A stretch of 32,000 bases of DNA from an uncultured Actinomycetota bacterium (GTDB lineage Bacteria > Actinomycetota > Actinomycetes > Mycobacteriales > Mycobacteriaceae): positions 330,595 through 362,594 of the forward strand of contig CAVQEF010000003.1 of the NCBI GenBank assembly GCA_963711445.1, written 5' to 3'. The notes beneath the pieces are model-generated. The model was not told where the DNA came from. It did no database searches and saw nothing but the letters and a program-made list of their open reading frames with translations. Positions 8,087 to 18,172 of the stretch are shown piece by piece. Each line of letters starts with the position of its first letter. Position 1 is the first letter of the stretch. Made by a program: the position numbers and the translations under genes.

Positions 8087-9058
8087 ATGACTGATCTCGA
8101 CGACTCCTCCCCCGTTGGGTCCGGGTCGGAGCCCTCGCTGCCGCCCTCGCGGCGGACCGCGGGCGACTCCTGGACCATCACCGAACTGGTCGGGGCGACC
8201 GCGCTGGGCGTCGCCGCGGCCCGCGCGGTGGAAACCGCCGGAGCCGACCCGCTGATCCGCGACGAGTTCGCCCGGCCGTTGGTGTCGTCGGCGGGCCCGG
8301 CGTGGCAGCGGCTGGCCGACCCCGAACTGGCGTGGCTCGACGGCGACCGGCACGGGCAGCGCGTGCACCGCCTCGGCGTCGACTACCAGGCGGTGCGCAC
8401 CCACTTCTTCGACGAGTACTTCGCCGACGCGGCCGCCGCCGGGCTCCGGCAGGTGGTGATCCTGGCCGCCGGCCTGGACTCCCGGGCCTACCGGCTTGAT
8501 TGGCCCGCCGAGACCACGGTCTACGAGATCGACCAGCCCAAGGTGCTCGAGTACAAGGGCGACATCCTGGGATCGCGCGATGCCGCGCCCACCGCCCGGC
8601 GGTGTCCGGTGCCGGTCGACCTGCGCGACGACTGGCCGGCGGCGCTGACGGCCGCGGGGTTCGATCCCGGCCGCCCGACCGCGTGGCTCGCCGAGGGCTT
8701 GCTGCCCTACCTGCCCAGCGACGCCCAGGACCGCCTCTTCGAGCTGTTCACCGCCCTGAGCGCGCCCGGCAGCCGGGTCGCCGTCGAGGTGTTCGGCATG
8801 AATTCCCGCGGTAACACCCAGCGCTGGGTGCGCATGCGGGAGCGCCTCGGCCTGGACGTCAACGTCCAGGCGCTGACCTACCACGAGCCCGACCGTTCCG
8901 ATGCCGCCCAGTGGCTGGCGGAGCACGGCTGGCAGGTGGACGCGGTGAACAACCGCCAGGAGATGGCCCGGCTGGGCCGCCCCGTGCCCGAAGACCTGGC
9001 CGACGAGGCCGTCAGCAGCACCCTGCTGCGCGCCCACTTGGGCGCGCGAACCGACTGA
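8087..9058 (+). CDS. SAM-dependent methyltransferase, LCMT/TIGR00027-type mycobacterial paralogue family
   Basis: This is a 323-aa ORF. The motifs [18 protein letters not shown] and [12 protein letters not shown] are typical of this family. TAACAT (8072-8077) lies just upstream of the ATG as a possible -10. Confidence 0.8.
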   Translation: MTDLDDSSPVGSGSEPSLPPSRRTAGDSWTITELVGATALGVAAARAVETAGADPLIRDEFARPLVSSAGPAWQRLADPELAWLDGDRHGQRVHRLGVDYQAVRTHFFDEYFADAAAAGLRQVVILAAGLDSRAYRLDWPAETTVYEIDQPKVLEYKGDILGSRDAAPTARRCPVPVDLRDDWPAALTAAGFDPGRPTAWLAEGLLPYLPSDAQDRLFELFTALSAPGSRVAVEVFGMNSRGNTQRWVRMRERLGLDVNVQALTYHEPDRSDAAQWLAEHGWQVDAVNNRQEMARLGRPVPEDLADEAVSSTLLRAHLGARTD

Positions 9059-10027
<969 letters not shown>

Positions 10028-10050
10028 CGTGGCTCGGCGCCCTCGACGAG

Positions 10051-10110
10051 CGTGAAGCTGGCCGCACGCTCGAGCCCGAACGTGACGCTGGCCGCAGGCT
10101 CGGCGACGGC
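10051..10110. repeat. Imperfect 30-bp tandem direct repeat (2 units) in the intergenic region
   Basis: Unit 1 is CGTGAAGCTGGCCGCACGCTCGAGCCCGAA (10051-10080). Unit 2 is CGTGACGCTGGCCGCAGGCTCGGCGACGGC (10081-10110). Twenty of the first 25 positions are identical. GCTCGGCG also recurs at 10032-10039. Confidence 0.7.
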
Positions 10111-10240
10111 GATCAAGCCCTGACCCGGCGTTCCAGGTCCTTCCTATTGCTCTCCCAACCAGATGGTTAGGATCGCGGTTATCACCGATTGAGCGGCCAT
10201 GCGCGCTTCCGCAGTGCGCTTTCGCTCGGGAAGGACAACG

Positions 10241-11671
10241 ATGACCACCGAATCGGTAGCGCCGAAGACGTCAGGATCCACCAACGGGGCCCCGGCCGGC
10301 CAGCCGGCCGGCATCCCCGCCACGGTGGACCGGCTCCGCACGACCTTCGCCACCGGCCGCACCCGCGACATCGAGTGGCGCAAGCGGCAGCTGCTGCAGC
10401 TGCAGAAGCTGATGGAAGACAACGAGGCCGAGATCGCCGCCGCGCTCGCCACCGACCTCGACCGCAACCCCTTCGAGGCCTACATCGCCGACATCGCGAC
10501 GACGGCCGGCGAGGCCAAGTTCGCGGCCAAACACCTCAAGCGCTGGACGCGCCGCAAGTACGTGCTGCTCGAGGTGCCCCAGCTGCCCGGCCGCGGCTGG
10601 ATCGAGTACGAGCCGTTCGGGACGGTGCTGATCATCGGCGCCTGGAACTACCCGTTTTACCTGACGCTGGGCCCGGCGGTGGGGGCGATCGCGGCCGGCA
10701 ACGCCGTCGTGCTCAAGCCGTCGGAGATCGCGCCCGCGTCCTCGCGCCTGATGGCGGAGTTGGTGCCCCGCTACCTCGACAGCGACGCGATCGCCGTGGT
10801 CGAGGGTGACGGCTCGGTCAGCCAGGAGCTGATCGCCCAGGGCTTCGACCGGGTGATGTTCACCGGCGGCACCGAGATCGGCCGCAAGGTCTACGAGGGC
10901 GCGGCGCCCCATCTGACCCCCGTCACCCTCGAGCTGGGCGGCAAGAGCCCGGTTATCGTCGCCGCCGACGCCGACGTCGACGTCGCCGCCAAGCGGATCG
11001 CCTGGATGAAGCTGCTCAACGCCGGGCAGACGTGCGTGGCCCCCGACTACGTGCTCGCCGACGCCAAGATCCGCGACGAACTGGTGGACAAGATCGGCGC
11101 GGCGATCACGAAGTTCCGGTCCAAGGAGACCGCCGGGATGCGGATCGTCAACAAGCGCCAGTTCGACCGCCTCAAGGGGTATTTGTCGGGCAAGGACGGC
11201 AAGGTCACCGTCGGCGGCGACTGCGACGAGTCGACGCTGCGCATCCAGCCGGCGGTGGTGGTCGACCCCGACCTGGACGGGCCGTTGATGTGCAACGAGA
11301 TCTTCGGACCGATCCTGCCGGTGGTGACGGCGCAGTCCCTGGACGACGCAATACGTTTCGTCAATTCGCGGCCCAAGCCGCTGGCCGCCTACCTGTTCAC
11401 CCGCTCGCGGGCCACCCGCGAGCGGGTGATCAAGGAGGTGCCGGCCGGCGGCATGCTGGTCAACCACCTTGCTTTCCAGGTGTCGACGGCCAAGCTGCCG
11501 TTCGGCGGGGTCGGAACCTCGGGCATGGGCGCCTACCACGGCAAGTTCGGGTTCGAGGAGTTCAGTCACCGCAAGTCGGTGCTCACCAAACCCACCCGCC
11601 CCGACTTCTCGGCGTTCATCTACCCGCCCTACACCGAATGGGCGTTCAAGCTGGCCCGAAAGATGTTCTGA
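10241..11671 (+). CDS. Aldehyde dehydrogenase, class-3 (fatty/aromatic aldehyde) type
   Basis: ATG 10241 is preceded by GGGAAGGA at 10228-10235, and I prefer it to the track ATG at 10199. The catalytic motifs LELGGKSP (Glu) and NAGQTCVAPDY (Cys) are present, as is the FGGVGTSGMGAYHG C-terminal motif. Confidence 0.85.
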   Translation: MTTESVAPKTSGSTNGAPAGQPAGIPATVDRLRTTFATGRTRDIEWRKRQLLQLQKLMEDNEAEIAAALATDLDRNPFEAYIADIATTAGEAKFAAKHLKRWTRRKYVLLEVPQLPGRGWIEYEPFGTVLIIGAWNYPFYLTLGPAVGAIAAGNAVVLKPSEIAPASSRLMAELVPRYLDSDAIAVVEGDGSVSQELIAQGFDRVMFTGGTEIGRKVYEGAAPHLTPVTLELGGKSPVIVAADADVDVAAKRIAWMKLLNAGQTCVAPDYVLADAKIRDELVDKIGAAITKFRSKETAGMRIVNKRQFDRLKGYLSGKDGKVTVGGDCDESTLRIQPAVVVDPDLDGPLMCNEIFGPILPVVTAQSLDDAIRFVNSRPKPLAAYLFTRSRATRERVIKEVPAGGMLVNHLAFQVSTAKLPFGGVGTSGMGAYHGKFGFEEFSHRKSVLTKPTRPDFSAFIYPPYTEWAFKLARKMF

Positions 11672-11714
11672 TTCCCGACGTTTCACCCCCTTCTAACACC
11701 TTGAGAGGAACCTG

Positions 11715-12575
11715 ATGCCAGGAGTGCAGGATCGCGTCGTCGTCGTGACCGGAGCCGGTGGGGGGCTGGGCCGTGAATACGCCCTGACCCTCGCCAAAGA
11801 GGGCGCCAGCGTCGTCGTCAACGACCTCGGTGGTTCCCGTGACGGCACGGGCGCCGGGTCCGCGATGGCCGATCAGGTAGTCGCCGAGATCAAGGACGCG
11901 GGCGGTCGCGCGGTCGCCAACTACGACAGCGTCGCCACCGAGGACGGCGCGGCAGGCATCATCAAGACCGCGCTCGACGAGTTCGGCGCCGTGCACGGTG
12001 TGGTGAGCAACGCCGGGATCCTGCGCGACGGAACCTTCCACAAGATGACGTCGGAAAACTGGGACGCGGTGCTCAAGGTGCACCTCTACGGCGGGTACAA
12101 CGTGCTGCGCGCCGCCTGGCCGCACTTCCGCGAGCAGAGCTACGGGCGGGTGGTCGTCGCCACCTCCACCAGCGGGCTGTTCGGCAACTTCGGCCAGACC
12201 AACTACGGCGCGGCCAAACTCGGTTTGGTCGGCATGATCAACACGCTGGCGCAGGAGGGGGCCAAGTACAACATCCACGCCAACGCGATCGCCCCCATCG
12301 CGGCGACCCGGATGACCGAGGACATCATGCCGCCCGAGGTACTGGAGAAGCTCACGCCGGAGTATGTCGCACCGGTGGTGGCCTACCTGTGCACCGAGGA
12401 ATGCGCCGACAACGCATCGGTTTTCATTGTCGGTGGCGGCAAGGTGCAGCGTGTCGCGCTGTTCGGCAACGAGGGCGTCAACTTCGAGAAGCCGCCGTCG
12501 GTGCAGGACATCGCCGCTCGCTGGGGCGAGATCACCGACCTGTCGGCGGCGCGCAAGGCCGAATTCAAGCTGTAG
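11715..12575 (+). CDS. Short-chain dehydrogenase/reductase (HSD17B4 / MFE-2 N-terminal domain-like)
   Basis: ATG is preceded by GAGAGGA. The cofactor motif is VTGAGGGLGREYAL (TGxxxGxG) and the catalytic motif is YGAAK (YxxxK). It is 286 aa. Confidence 0.85.
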   Translation: MPGVQDRVVVVTGAGGGLGREYALTLAKEGASVVVNDLGGSRDGTGAGSAMADQVVAEIKDAGGRAVANYDSVATEDGAAGIIKTALDEFGAVHGVVSNAGILRDGTFHKMTSENWDAVLKVHLYGGYNVLRAAWPHFREQSYGRVVVATSTSGLFGNFGQTNYGAAKLGLVGMINTLAQEGAKYNIHANAIAPIAATRMTEDIMPPEVLEKLTPEYVAPVVAYLCTEECADNASVFIVGGGKVQRVALFGNEGVNFEKPPSVQDIAARWGEITDLSAARKAEFKL

Positions 12576-12602
12576 CGTGACTCGCGGGCACCTGTAAAGC
12601 TC

Positions 12603-13571
12603 ATGAAAGCCTGTGTCGTACAAAGACTGTCGGGCCCGAACGGCGTCGTCTACACCGACATCGACGATCTCACCGACCACGGTGACAGCGTCATCATCGA
12701 CGTCCGGGCCGCCGGGGTGTGCTTTCCCGACCTGCTGTTGAGCAAGGGCGAGTACCAGCTGAAGCTGCCGCCCCCGTTCGTCCCCGGCATGGAGGCCGCG
12801 GGCGTGGTGGTATCGGCGCCGTCGGGGTCGGGCTTCAAAGTCGGCCAGCGGGTCTCGGCGTTCGGGATCCTGGGCGCCTATGCCGAACAGGTGGCCGTTC
12901 CGGTGCCCAACGTGATCCGCAGCCCCGACGAGCTCGACGACGCCGAAGCGGTGTCGCTGCTGGTGAACTACAACACCATGTATTTCGCCCTGGCGCGCCG
13001 CGCCGCGATGCGGCCCGGGGACACCGTGCTGGTGCTCGGCGCCGCCGGCGGGGTGGGCACGGCGGCGATCCAGGTGGCCCGGGCGATGGGCGCCAAGACG
13101 GTGGTGGCGGTGTTGCATCGCGAGGCCGCGGCCGACTACGTCTCCGCGCTCGGCGCCGACCTGGTGCTGGGACTGTCGGGCGACTGGGCTCAGCAGGTGC
13201 GCGAGTACACCGGCGGCCGGGGGGTCGACATCGTCGTCGACCCCATCGGCGGCCCGGCCTTCGACGACGCGGTGCGCGTGCTCGCCATCGACGGCAAGCT
13301 TCTGGTCATCGGCTTCGCCGCGGGCAGCATCCCCACCATCAAGGTGAACCGGCTGCTGCTGCGCAACGTCAGCGTCGTGGGTGTCGCGTGGGGCGAGTAC
13401 CTCAACAAGGTCCCCGGTTCGGCGGCGTTGTTCTCCTGGGGGCTGAGCCAGCTGGTGTTCCTGGGGCTCAAACCTCCACCGCCGCAACGGTATCCGTTAT
13501 CGGAAGCCTCGGCTGCGCTGCAGTGCCTGGCCGACGGGGGGGTGCTGGGCAAGCTGGTGCTGGAGCCTTAA
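12603..13571 (+). CDS. Quinone oxidoreductase / zeta-crystallin-type medium-chain dehydrogenase
   Basis: This is a 322-aa ORF. GVCFPDLLLSKGEYQ is the N-terminal GroES-like region. VLGAAGGVGTAAIQVARAMGA is the Rossmann motif. Confidence 0.8.
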   Translation: MKACVVQRLSGPNGVVYTDIDDLTDHGDSVIIDVRAAGVCFPDLLLSKGEYQLKLPPPFVPGMEAAGVVVSAPSGSGFKVGQRVSAFGILGAYAEQVAVPVPNVIRSPDELDDAEAVSLLVNYNTMYFALARRAAMRPGDTVLVLGAAGGVGTAAIQVARAMGAKTVVAVLHREAAADYVSALGADLVLGLSGDWAQQVREYTGGRGVDIVVDPIGGPAFDDAVRVLAIDGKLLVIGFAAGSIPTIKVNRLLLRNVSVVGVAWGEYLNKVPGSAALFSWGLSQLVFLGLKPPPPQRYPLSEASAALQCLADGGVLGKLVLEP

Positions 13572-15274
13572 GGCGACGGGTGCGGCGTGCCGGTGAAAAT
13601 CGTGTCAGCGGCATTCAGAAGGACGAGGAATTCCACACCGCCGGCGAGCGTGCCCAGGCCCACATCGGCGACGATCGGCATGCCGACCGCATTGATGAGG
13701 CCCTCGACGGGCTGTCCGTTGACCGCCTGGGATATCCCGTCCAGGAACAGGTTGGCGTCATACGACGGGAGCGTGGTGACGAGCGCGGTCGCGATGTCCG
13801 CCGTCGGCAGCAGCGTTCCGTACGCGGTCGACGCCGTCGACGCCACGGAGTTGGCGAAGCCGGTGTTCGCCGCCTCGATGCCGGAGATGACACCGTCGAG
13901 GTTGGCGACCAGCGATGCCCCGGACGTCGGGACCACCGGCGCGCTGAGCGTTGGCAGCGTCAGCACCGGGAGCCCTTCCGCCCGGAAATCGTTGGCGGCG
14001 GCGATGATTCCCTGCTGTGCGCCGTTGATCAGGTCGCCGGGCAGTTCGGCGGTCGCGCTCAGCGGCGGGAACAGCCCGAACGGGGTGGTCACGTCGGCAT
14101 ACCCGGTCGAATAGCCGTAGTTGGGGTCGCCGTAGCCCCAGTTGACCAGGTATCTGAGGTCGGGCTGGAGCAGGTCCGCGAGCGGGTTGCCGAGATAGGG
14201 GATCGCCCGCAGCGGAGCCAGCAGCGGCAGGTTCTGGGTCGGGATCAGATAGTAGGTGGTGCCACCGTCGTACCCGGGCGACGTCGGCAGGGTGATGGCC
14301 GAATCGATCTGGGTTTGCGGGATGCTCAGATACGTCGTGTGCACCAACGCGATACCCGCGAAGGCGTTGAGGTCGGCGAAGACGTCGATCGGGTACCGCG
14401 GGAAGTCGGCGAAGCCGTCGTATTCCAGCGTGTAGTTGTAGACCTGGTAGCCCGTGTTCGAGGGCATCCCGCCGTAGAAGGGCAGCCCGAGGCTCGGCAG
14501 GTCGAGGCCGGGGAAGCGGGCGAGCAGGCCGCCGTTGGGCGTCATCTCGTTGCCGACGAGCACGAAGCTCACGTCCGTCGTCGGGACATCGGCGGCAACG
14601 AGTTTCGGCAGCTCCAGCGCGGCGAGCATGGCGCCCTGCGACCAGCCGAACACGGTGACGGGGGTGTGGCCGGAGGCGACCTGCCCCATGATCTCGTTGT
14701 CGAGGATCGTCAGGCCGCGGTCGATCGAGATGTTCAGCGTCAGGTCGTGAACCCCGGTGATCGGGTACAACCCCTCGGGGGTGAACACGGATTGCAGATT
14801 GGTGGTGGTGAAGTTGCGGGAGATGTAGTTGGCGTAAGCGGTCGCGATGTACTTGGCATCGGGTATCGGAACGCCGCTGGCGCCCAGGATCAGCGCGAGG
14901 TCGACGGGCTGCGTCATCGCCGCCGTGGCGGCGGTCGCGCCGGCCGTCGCGCCGCCCGTCGCGCCGCCCGCCAGCGTGCTGAGCGCGTTCGACGCCGCGG
15001 ACTCGGTTTCGGTGTAGGCGTTCGCGGCGGCGGCCAGTGCCTGCGCGAACGCGTCGTGAAAGTTCCCCGCCTGCTTGATGACCGCCTGGTACTCCCGCGC
15101 GTAGGCGCCGAACAGGTTCGCCGTCGCCGCGGAGACCTCGTCGGCTGCGGCGGCCTGCAGGCCGGTGGTCGCGCCCGCCGCGCTGGCGCCCGCCGAGCTG
15201 ATCGCCGAGCCGATCCCGGTCACGTCCGCGACCGCGGACGAGATCAACTGGGGCTGCGCGAAGACGTACGTCAT
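13568..15274 (-). CDS. PE-family protein with C-terminal PE-PPE (serine alpha/beta-hydrolase-like) domain, paralogue A (PE1-like by position)
   Basis: ATG 15274 is preceded by AGGAGGA. The PE-type N-terminus is MTYVFAQPQLISSAVADVTGIGSAI ... DEVSAATANLFGAYAREYQ. YTETE matches YxxxE at about residue 87. The nucleophile elbow is GWSQG (14633-14647). Confidence 0.85.
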   Translation of the reverse strand: MTYVFAQPQLISSAVADVTGIGSAISSAGASAAGATTGLQAAAADEVSAATANLFGAYAREYQAVIKQAGNFHDAFAQALAAAANAYTETESAASNALSTLAGGATGGATAGATAATAAMTQPVDLALILGASGVPIPDAKYIATAYANYISRNFTTTNLQSVFTPEGLYPITGVHDLTLNISIDRGLTILDNEIMGQVASGHTPVTVFGWSQGAMLAALELPKLVAADVPTTDVSFVLVGNEMTPNGGLLARFPGLDLPSLGLPFYGGMPSNTGYQVYNYTLEYDGFADFPRYPIDVFADLNAFAGIALVHTTYLSIPQTQIDSAITLPTSPGYDGGTTYYLIPTQNLPLLAPLRAIPYLGNPLADLLQPDLRYLVNWGYGDPNYGYSTGYADVTTPFGLFPPLSATAELPGDLINGAQQGIIAAANDFRAEGLPVLTLPTLSAPVVPTSGASLVANLDGVISGIEAANTGFANSVASTASTAYGTLLPTADIATALVTTLPSYDANLFLDGISQAVNGQPVEGLINAVGMPIVADVGLGTLAGGVEFLVLLNAADTIFTGTPHPSP

Positions 15275-15334
15275 CGGGCCGTCCTCCTAGGCGGGGCGGG
15301 CGTTCAGGGGGCTTCCCGCCAGGGCGGGTATCGA

Positions 15335-17062
15335 TCAGTAGGGACCCGGGTTCGGGTTTCCGGTGAAGATCGTGTCGAGCGCGTTCACGAAGTTGATGAC
15401 TTCGAAGCCGCCCGCGAGCGTGACCAGTCCGACGTCGGCCGCGATCGGCTGACCGAACGCGTTCACGAGCCCCCCGACCGGGTCGCCGTTGATCGCTTGG
15501 GTGATCCCGTTCAGGAACAGGTTGAGGTCGTAGGACGGGAGCGACACCGCGACGGCGGTCGCGATGTCCGCCGTCGGGAGCAGGGTCGCATAAGCGGTCG
15601 AGAAGTTGGACGTCGCGCTGCCGACGAAGGTGGTGTTCGCGGTCTCGATGGCCGAGATGATCTCGGTGGGCGACGGAATGGTCGGCGCGGCAGGCAGGGT
15701 CAGCGCGGCACCGCCCGTCGCTCCGGCGCCCGAGAACAGGCTCGTCAGCGACGGCGGCGTGATCGCTGAGATGTCGGCGACGAACGCGTTGACCCCCTCC
15801 TGGGTGCCGCTCACCAACAGGGGCCCCAGGGCTTCGGTCGCGCTCAGCGGGGGCAGGAACCCGAAGGGGGTCGGCTCGTTGGCCGGCCCGGTCGAGAAGC
15901 CGTAGTTGGGGTCGCCGTAGCCCCAGTTGATCAGGTACCTCAGGTCGGGCTGGACCAGGTCGGCCAGCGGGTTTCCGATGACCGGGATCAAGCGCAGCGG
16001 CGTCAGCAGCGGCAGGTTCTCGGTGGGGATCATGACGTAGTTGGTCGTGGTGTTAGCGCCGAGCTGCTCCGATCCCGGCAGCAGGAAGCCCGAGGCGATC
16101 TGCGATGCCGTCAGGGTCGGATAGGTGCCGTGCACGAAGACGATGCCCGCCAGCGCGTTGAGGTCGGCGAGGAAGTCGATCGGGTACTGCGGGAAGTCGG
16201 CGAAGCCGTCGTACTCGAGCGTGTAGATGGTGGTGTTGAACAGGTTGCTGGGCGTCGAGGTGCCGAACGTGACCCCCAGGCTCGGCAGGCTCAGGCCGGG
16301 GAAGCGCGCGAACAGGCCACCGTTGGGGGCGCTGGGGTCGCCCAGCAGGGTGAAGTTGATCTGGTCGGGCGTGTAACCGAGGTTGTGCAGCATCGGCATT
16401 GCCATCGAGGCGGCGATTGAGCTCTGCGAGTAGACGAGGACCGAGATCGCGTTGCCGGTGCCGGGCGCTACCGCCGCCTGGATCGCGTTGTTCAGCTCGG
16501 TGACGTCGCGGGCCAGTGAGATGTCCAGGGTCAGGTCCTTGACCCCGGTGAAGGGGTACAACCCCTCGGCAGTGGAGACGGCCTGGGAAACGACGTTGGG
16601 AGGCAGGTTGAACTGGGTCAGGTAGCGGCCGATGACGTTGGCCATGTACTCCGACGACGGGGTCGCCGTGCCGCTGCCGGTCAAGATCAACTGGGCGATG
16701 ACGTCGGTCTGCTGCGGAGTGAACGGTGTGTTGAACGTCGGCTCCGCGGCGGCCGTTGCGCCGAGGCCGAGGGTCGCCGCGATCTGGGTTTCGGCCTGCG
16801 CGTAGGCGTTGCTGGCGGCGCCCAATGCGCCGACGAACTGCTCGTGGAAGGCGTTCGCCTGCCCCAGGAGAGCCTGGTATTCCTGCCCGTATGCGTTGAA
16901 GAACGAGGCGGTGACCGCCGACACCTCGTCCTCGGCCGCCGCGACCACACCGGTCGTCTGTGCCGCTGCCGCGGCCCTGGCCTGTTCGAGCGTCGAACCA
17001 ATTCCCGCCGCGTCCGCTGCAGCCGTCGCTATCAGCTGGGGCTCCGCAATCATGCTTGTCAT
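15335..17062 (-). CDS. PE-family protein with PE-PPE hydrolase-like domain, paralogue B (PE2-like by position)
   Basis: The N-terminus is MTSMIAEPQLIATAAADAAGIGSTL ... DEVSAVTASFFNAYGQEYQ. YAQAE matches the secretion motif. The elbow position reads VYSQS (16421-16435). The gene is colinear with paralogue A. Confidence 0.85.
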   Translation of the reverse strand: MTSMIAEPQLIATAAADAAGIGSTLEQARAAAAAQTTGVVAAAEDEVSAVTASFFNAYGQEYQALLGQANAFHEQFVGALGAASNAYAQAETQIAATLGLGATAAAEPTFNTPFTPQQTDVIAQLILTGSGTATPSSEYMANVIGRYLTQFNLPPNVVSQAVSTAEGLYPFTGVKDLTLDISLARDVTELNNAIQAAVAPGTGNAISVLVYSQSSIAASMAMPMLHNLGYTPDQINFTLLGDPSAPNGGLFARFPGLSLPSLGVTFGTSTPSNLFNTTIYTLEYDGFADFPQYPIDFLADLNALAGIVFVHGTYPTLTASQIASGFLLPGSEQLGANTTTNYVMIPTENLPLLTPLRLIPVIGNPLADLVQPDLRYLINWGYGDPNYGFSTGPANEPTPFGFLPPLSATEALGPLLVSGTQEGVNAFVADISAITPPSLTSLFSGAGATGGAALTLPAAPTIPSPTEIISAIETANTTFVGSATSNFSTAYATLLPTADIATAVAVSLPSYDLNLFLNGITQAINGDPVGGLVNAFGQPIAADVGLVTLAGGFEVINFVNALDTIFTGNPNPGPY

Positions 17063-17344
17063 CGGCCAATCCCTTCACGACCACGGTTTCATTTGTGATA
17101 CCGACGGCGCTCAGGAATTGAAAACCCCCGGCCATCGCGGAGTCGGCATCGGTCAGCCTAGGACGATTGCGCCGCTTTGTCCGGCATTTACACATTGTTT
17201 CTCCACCGGCCCGCAAACATGCCCGGGGCGGGCGGTGGGTCGGCCCCGCGGGGGTCGGCCCGGGCGGGACGCGGTGCGGTCGGCTCGAGAACCGTTGCGG
17301 CCGCTCGCGTTTGTGTCGAGTGCCGGCTTACCGCGCGCGGCGGT

Positions 17345-18172
17345 TCAGGTCAGCAGCGTGTCGTGCAGTCGCTCGACGTCGGCCGCGGTGATGCCCGCGT
17401 CGTGCAGATAGGCCGCCAGCGAACCGAATTCCGCGTCGATCGTCTGGCGGGCGGCCGCCAGGTACTCGGCGCGCACGCCGAGCACCCCGTCGGACAGCCT
17501 GGCCTCGGCGAAGGTCTCCACCTCCGGGGTCACCTCCGTCTCCGCGCGGTGCCGGATCATCTCGTAGATGCGGGCGCGCAACTGCGGCACGGCGTCGTTG
17601 CTGCGCAGGAAGTCGGCGACGATGGCCTCGCGGCCCACGCCGATCGCCTCGAGCACCGTCGCGACCACGAAGCCGGTGCGGTCCTTGCCCGCGAAGCAAT
17701 GGGTGAGCACCGGGCGGCCGGCGGCCAGCAGCGTGACCACGCGCTGCAGCGCGCGCTGGGTCCCGTTGCGCGTGGGGAACTGCCGGTATTCGTCGAGCAT
17801 GTAGCGGGTCGCGGCCTCGTCGACCGAGATGCCCTCCTCGCGGTCCATGATCCGCTGGAACGCATGCTCGTGCGGCGCCTGCCCGTCCACGTCGGGCGCC
17901 TGGGGGTCATGGTCGGCAAGGTCGGGGACCGGCAGCAGGTGGACGTCGACGCCGTCGGGAACCCGTCCGGGACCGCGCCGGGCGACCTCCCGCGCCGAGC
18001 GCAGGTCGGCGACGTCGGTGATCCCCAGCCGCCGCAGCGTGGCGCGGCCGTCCTCGTCGAGGCGGCTCAGCTCGCCCGAGCGGAACAGCCGCCCGGGCCG
18101 CAGCGTCGAGGCGGCGTCGGCGACATCGCGAAAGTTCCAGGCGCCCGAGAGTTCTCGCAGCGCATCAGCCAC
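17345..18172 (-). CDS. ptpB: Protein tyrosine / phosphoinositide phosphatase PtpB
   Basis: The start is GTG at 18172-18170, giving 275 aa. The 48 extra N-terminal track residues are Arg/Cys/Pro-rich and overlap fadE2. The N-terminus [19 protein letters not shown] and the P-loop [10 protein letters not shown] (CX5R) match my recollection of M. tuberculosis PtpB along the whole length. Confidence 0.9.
   Translation of the reverse strand: MADALRELSGAWNFRDVADAASTLRPGRLFRSGELSRLDEDGRATLRRLGITDVADLRSAREVARRGPGRVPDGVDVHLLPVPDLADHDPQAPDVDGQAPHEHAFQRIMDREEGISVDEAATRYMLDEYRQFPTRNGTQRALQRVVTLLAAGRPVLTHCFAGKDRTGFVVATVLEAIGVGREAIVADFLRSNDAVPQLRARIYEMIRHRAETEVTPEVETFAEARLSDGVLGVRAEYLAAARQTIDAEFGSLAAYLHDAGITAADVERLHDTLLT

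Noticed and set aside
11646-13487. 613-aa minus-strand ORF antisense to the SDR and quinone oxidoreductase genes
   Set aside because: The plus-strand genes carry TGxxxGxG/YxxxK and GAAGGVG motifs and proper SD sites. The antisense product is low-complexity.
12719-15769. 1016-aa plus-strand ORF, the longest in the track
   Set aside because: It is extremely Arg/Gly/Asp-rich and low in complexity, with no recognisable domain. It runs out of frame through the 3' half of the plus-strand quinone oxidoreductase gene and antisense to two PE genes, all of which have clear motifs. This is a typical open antisense or alternate frame in high-GC DNA.
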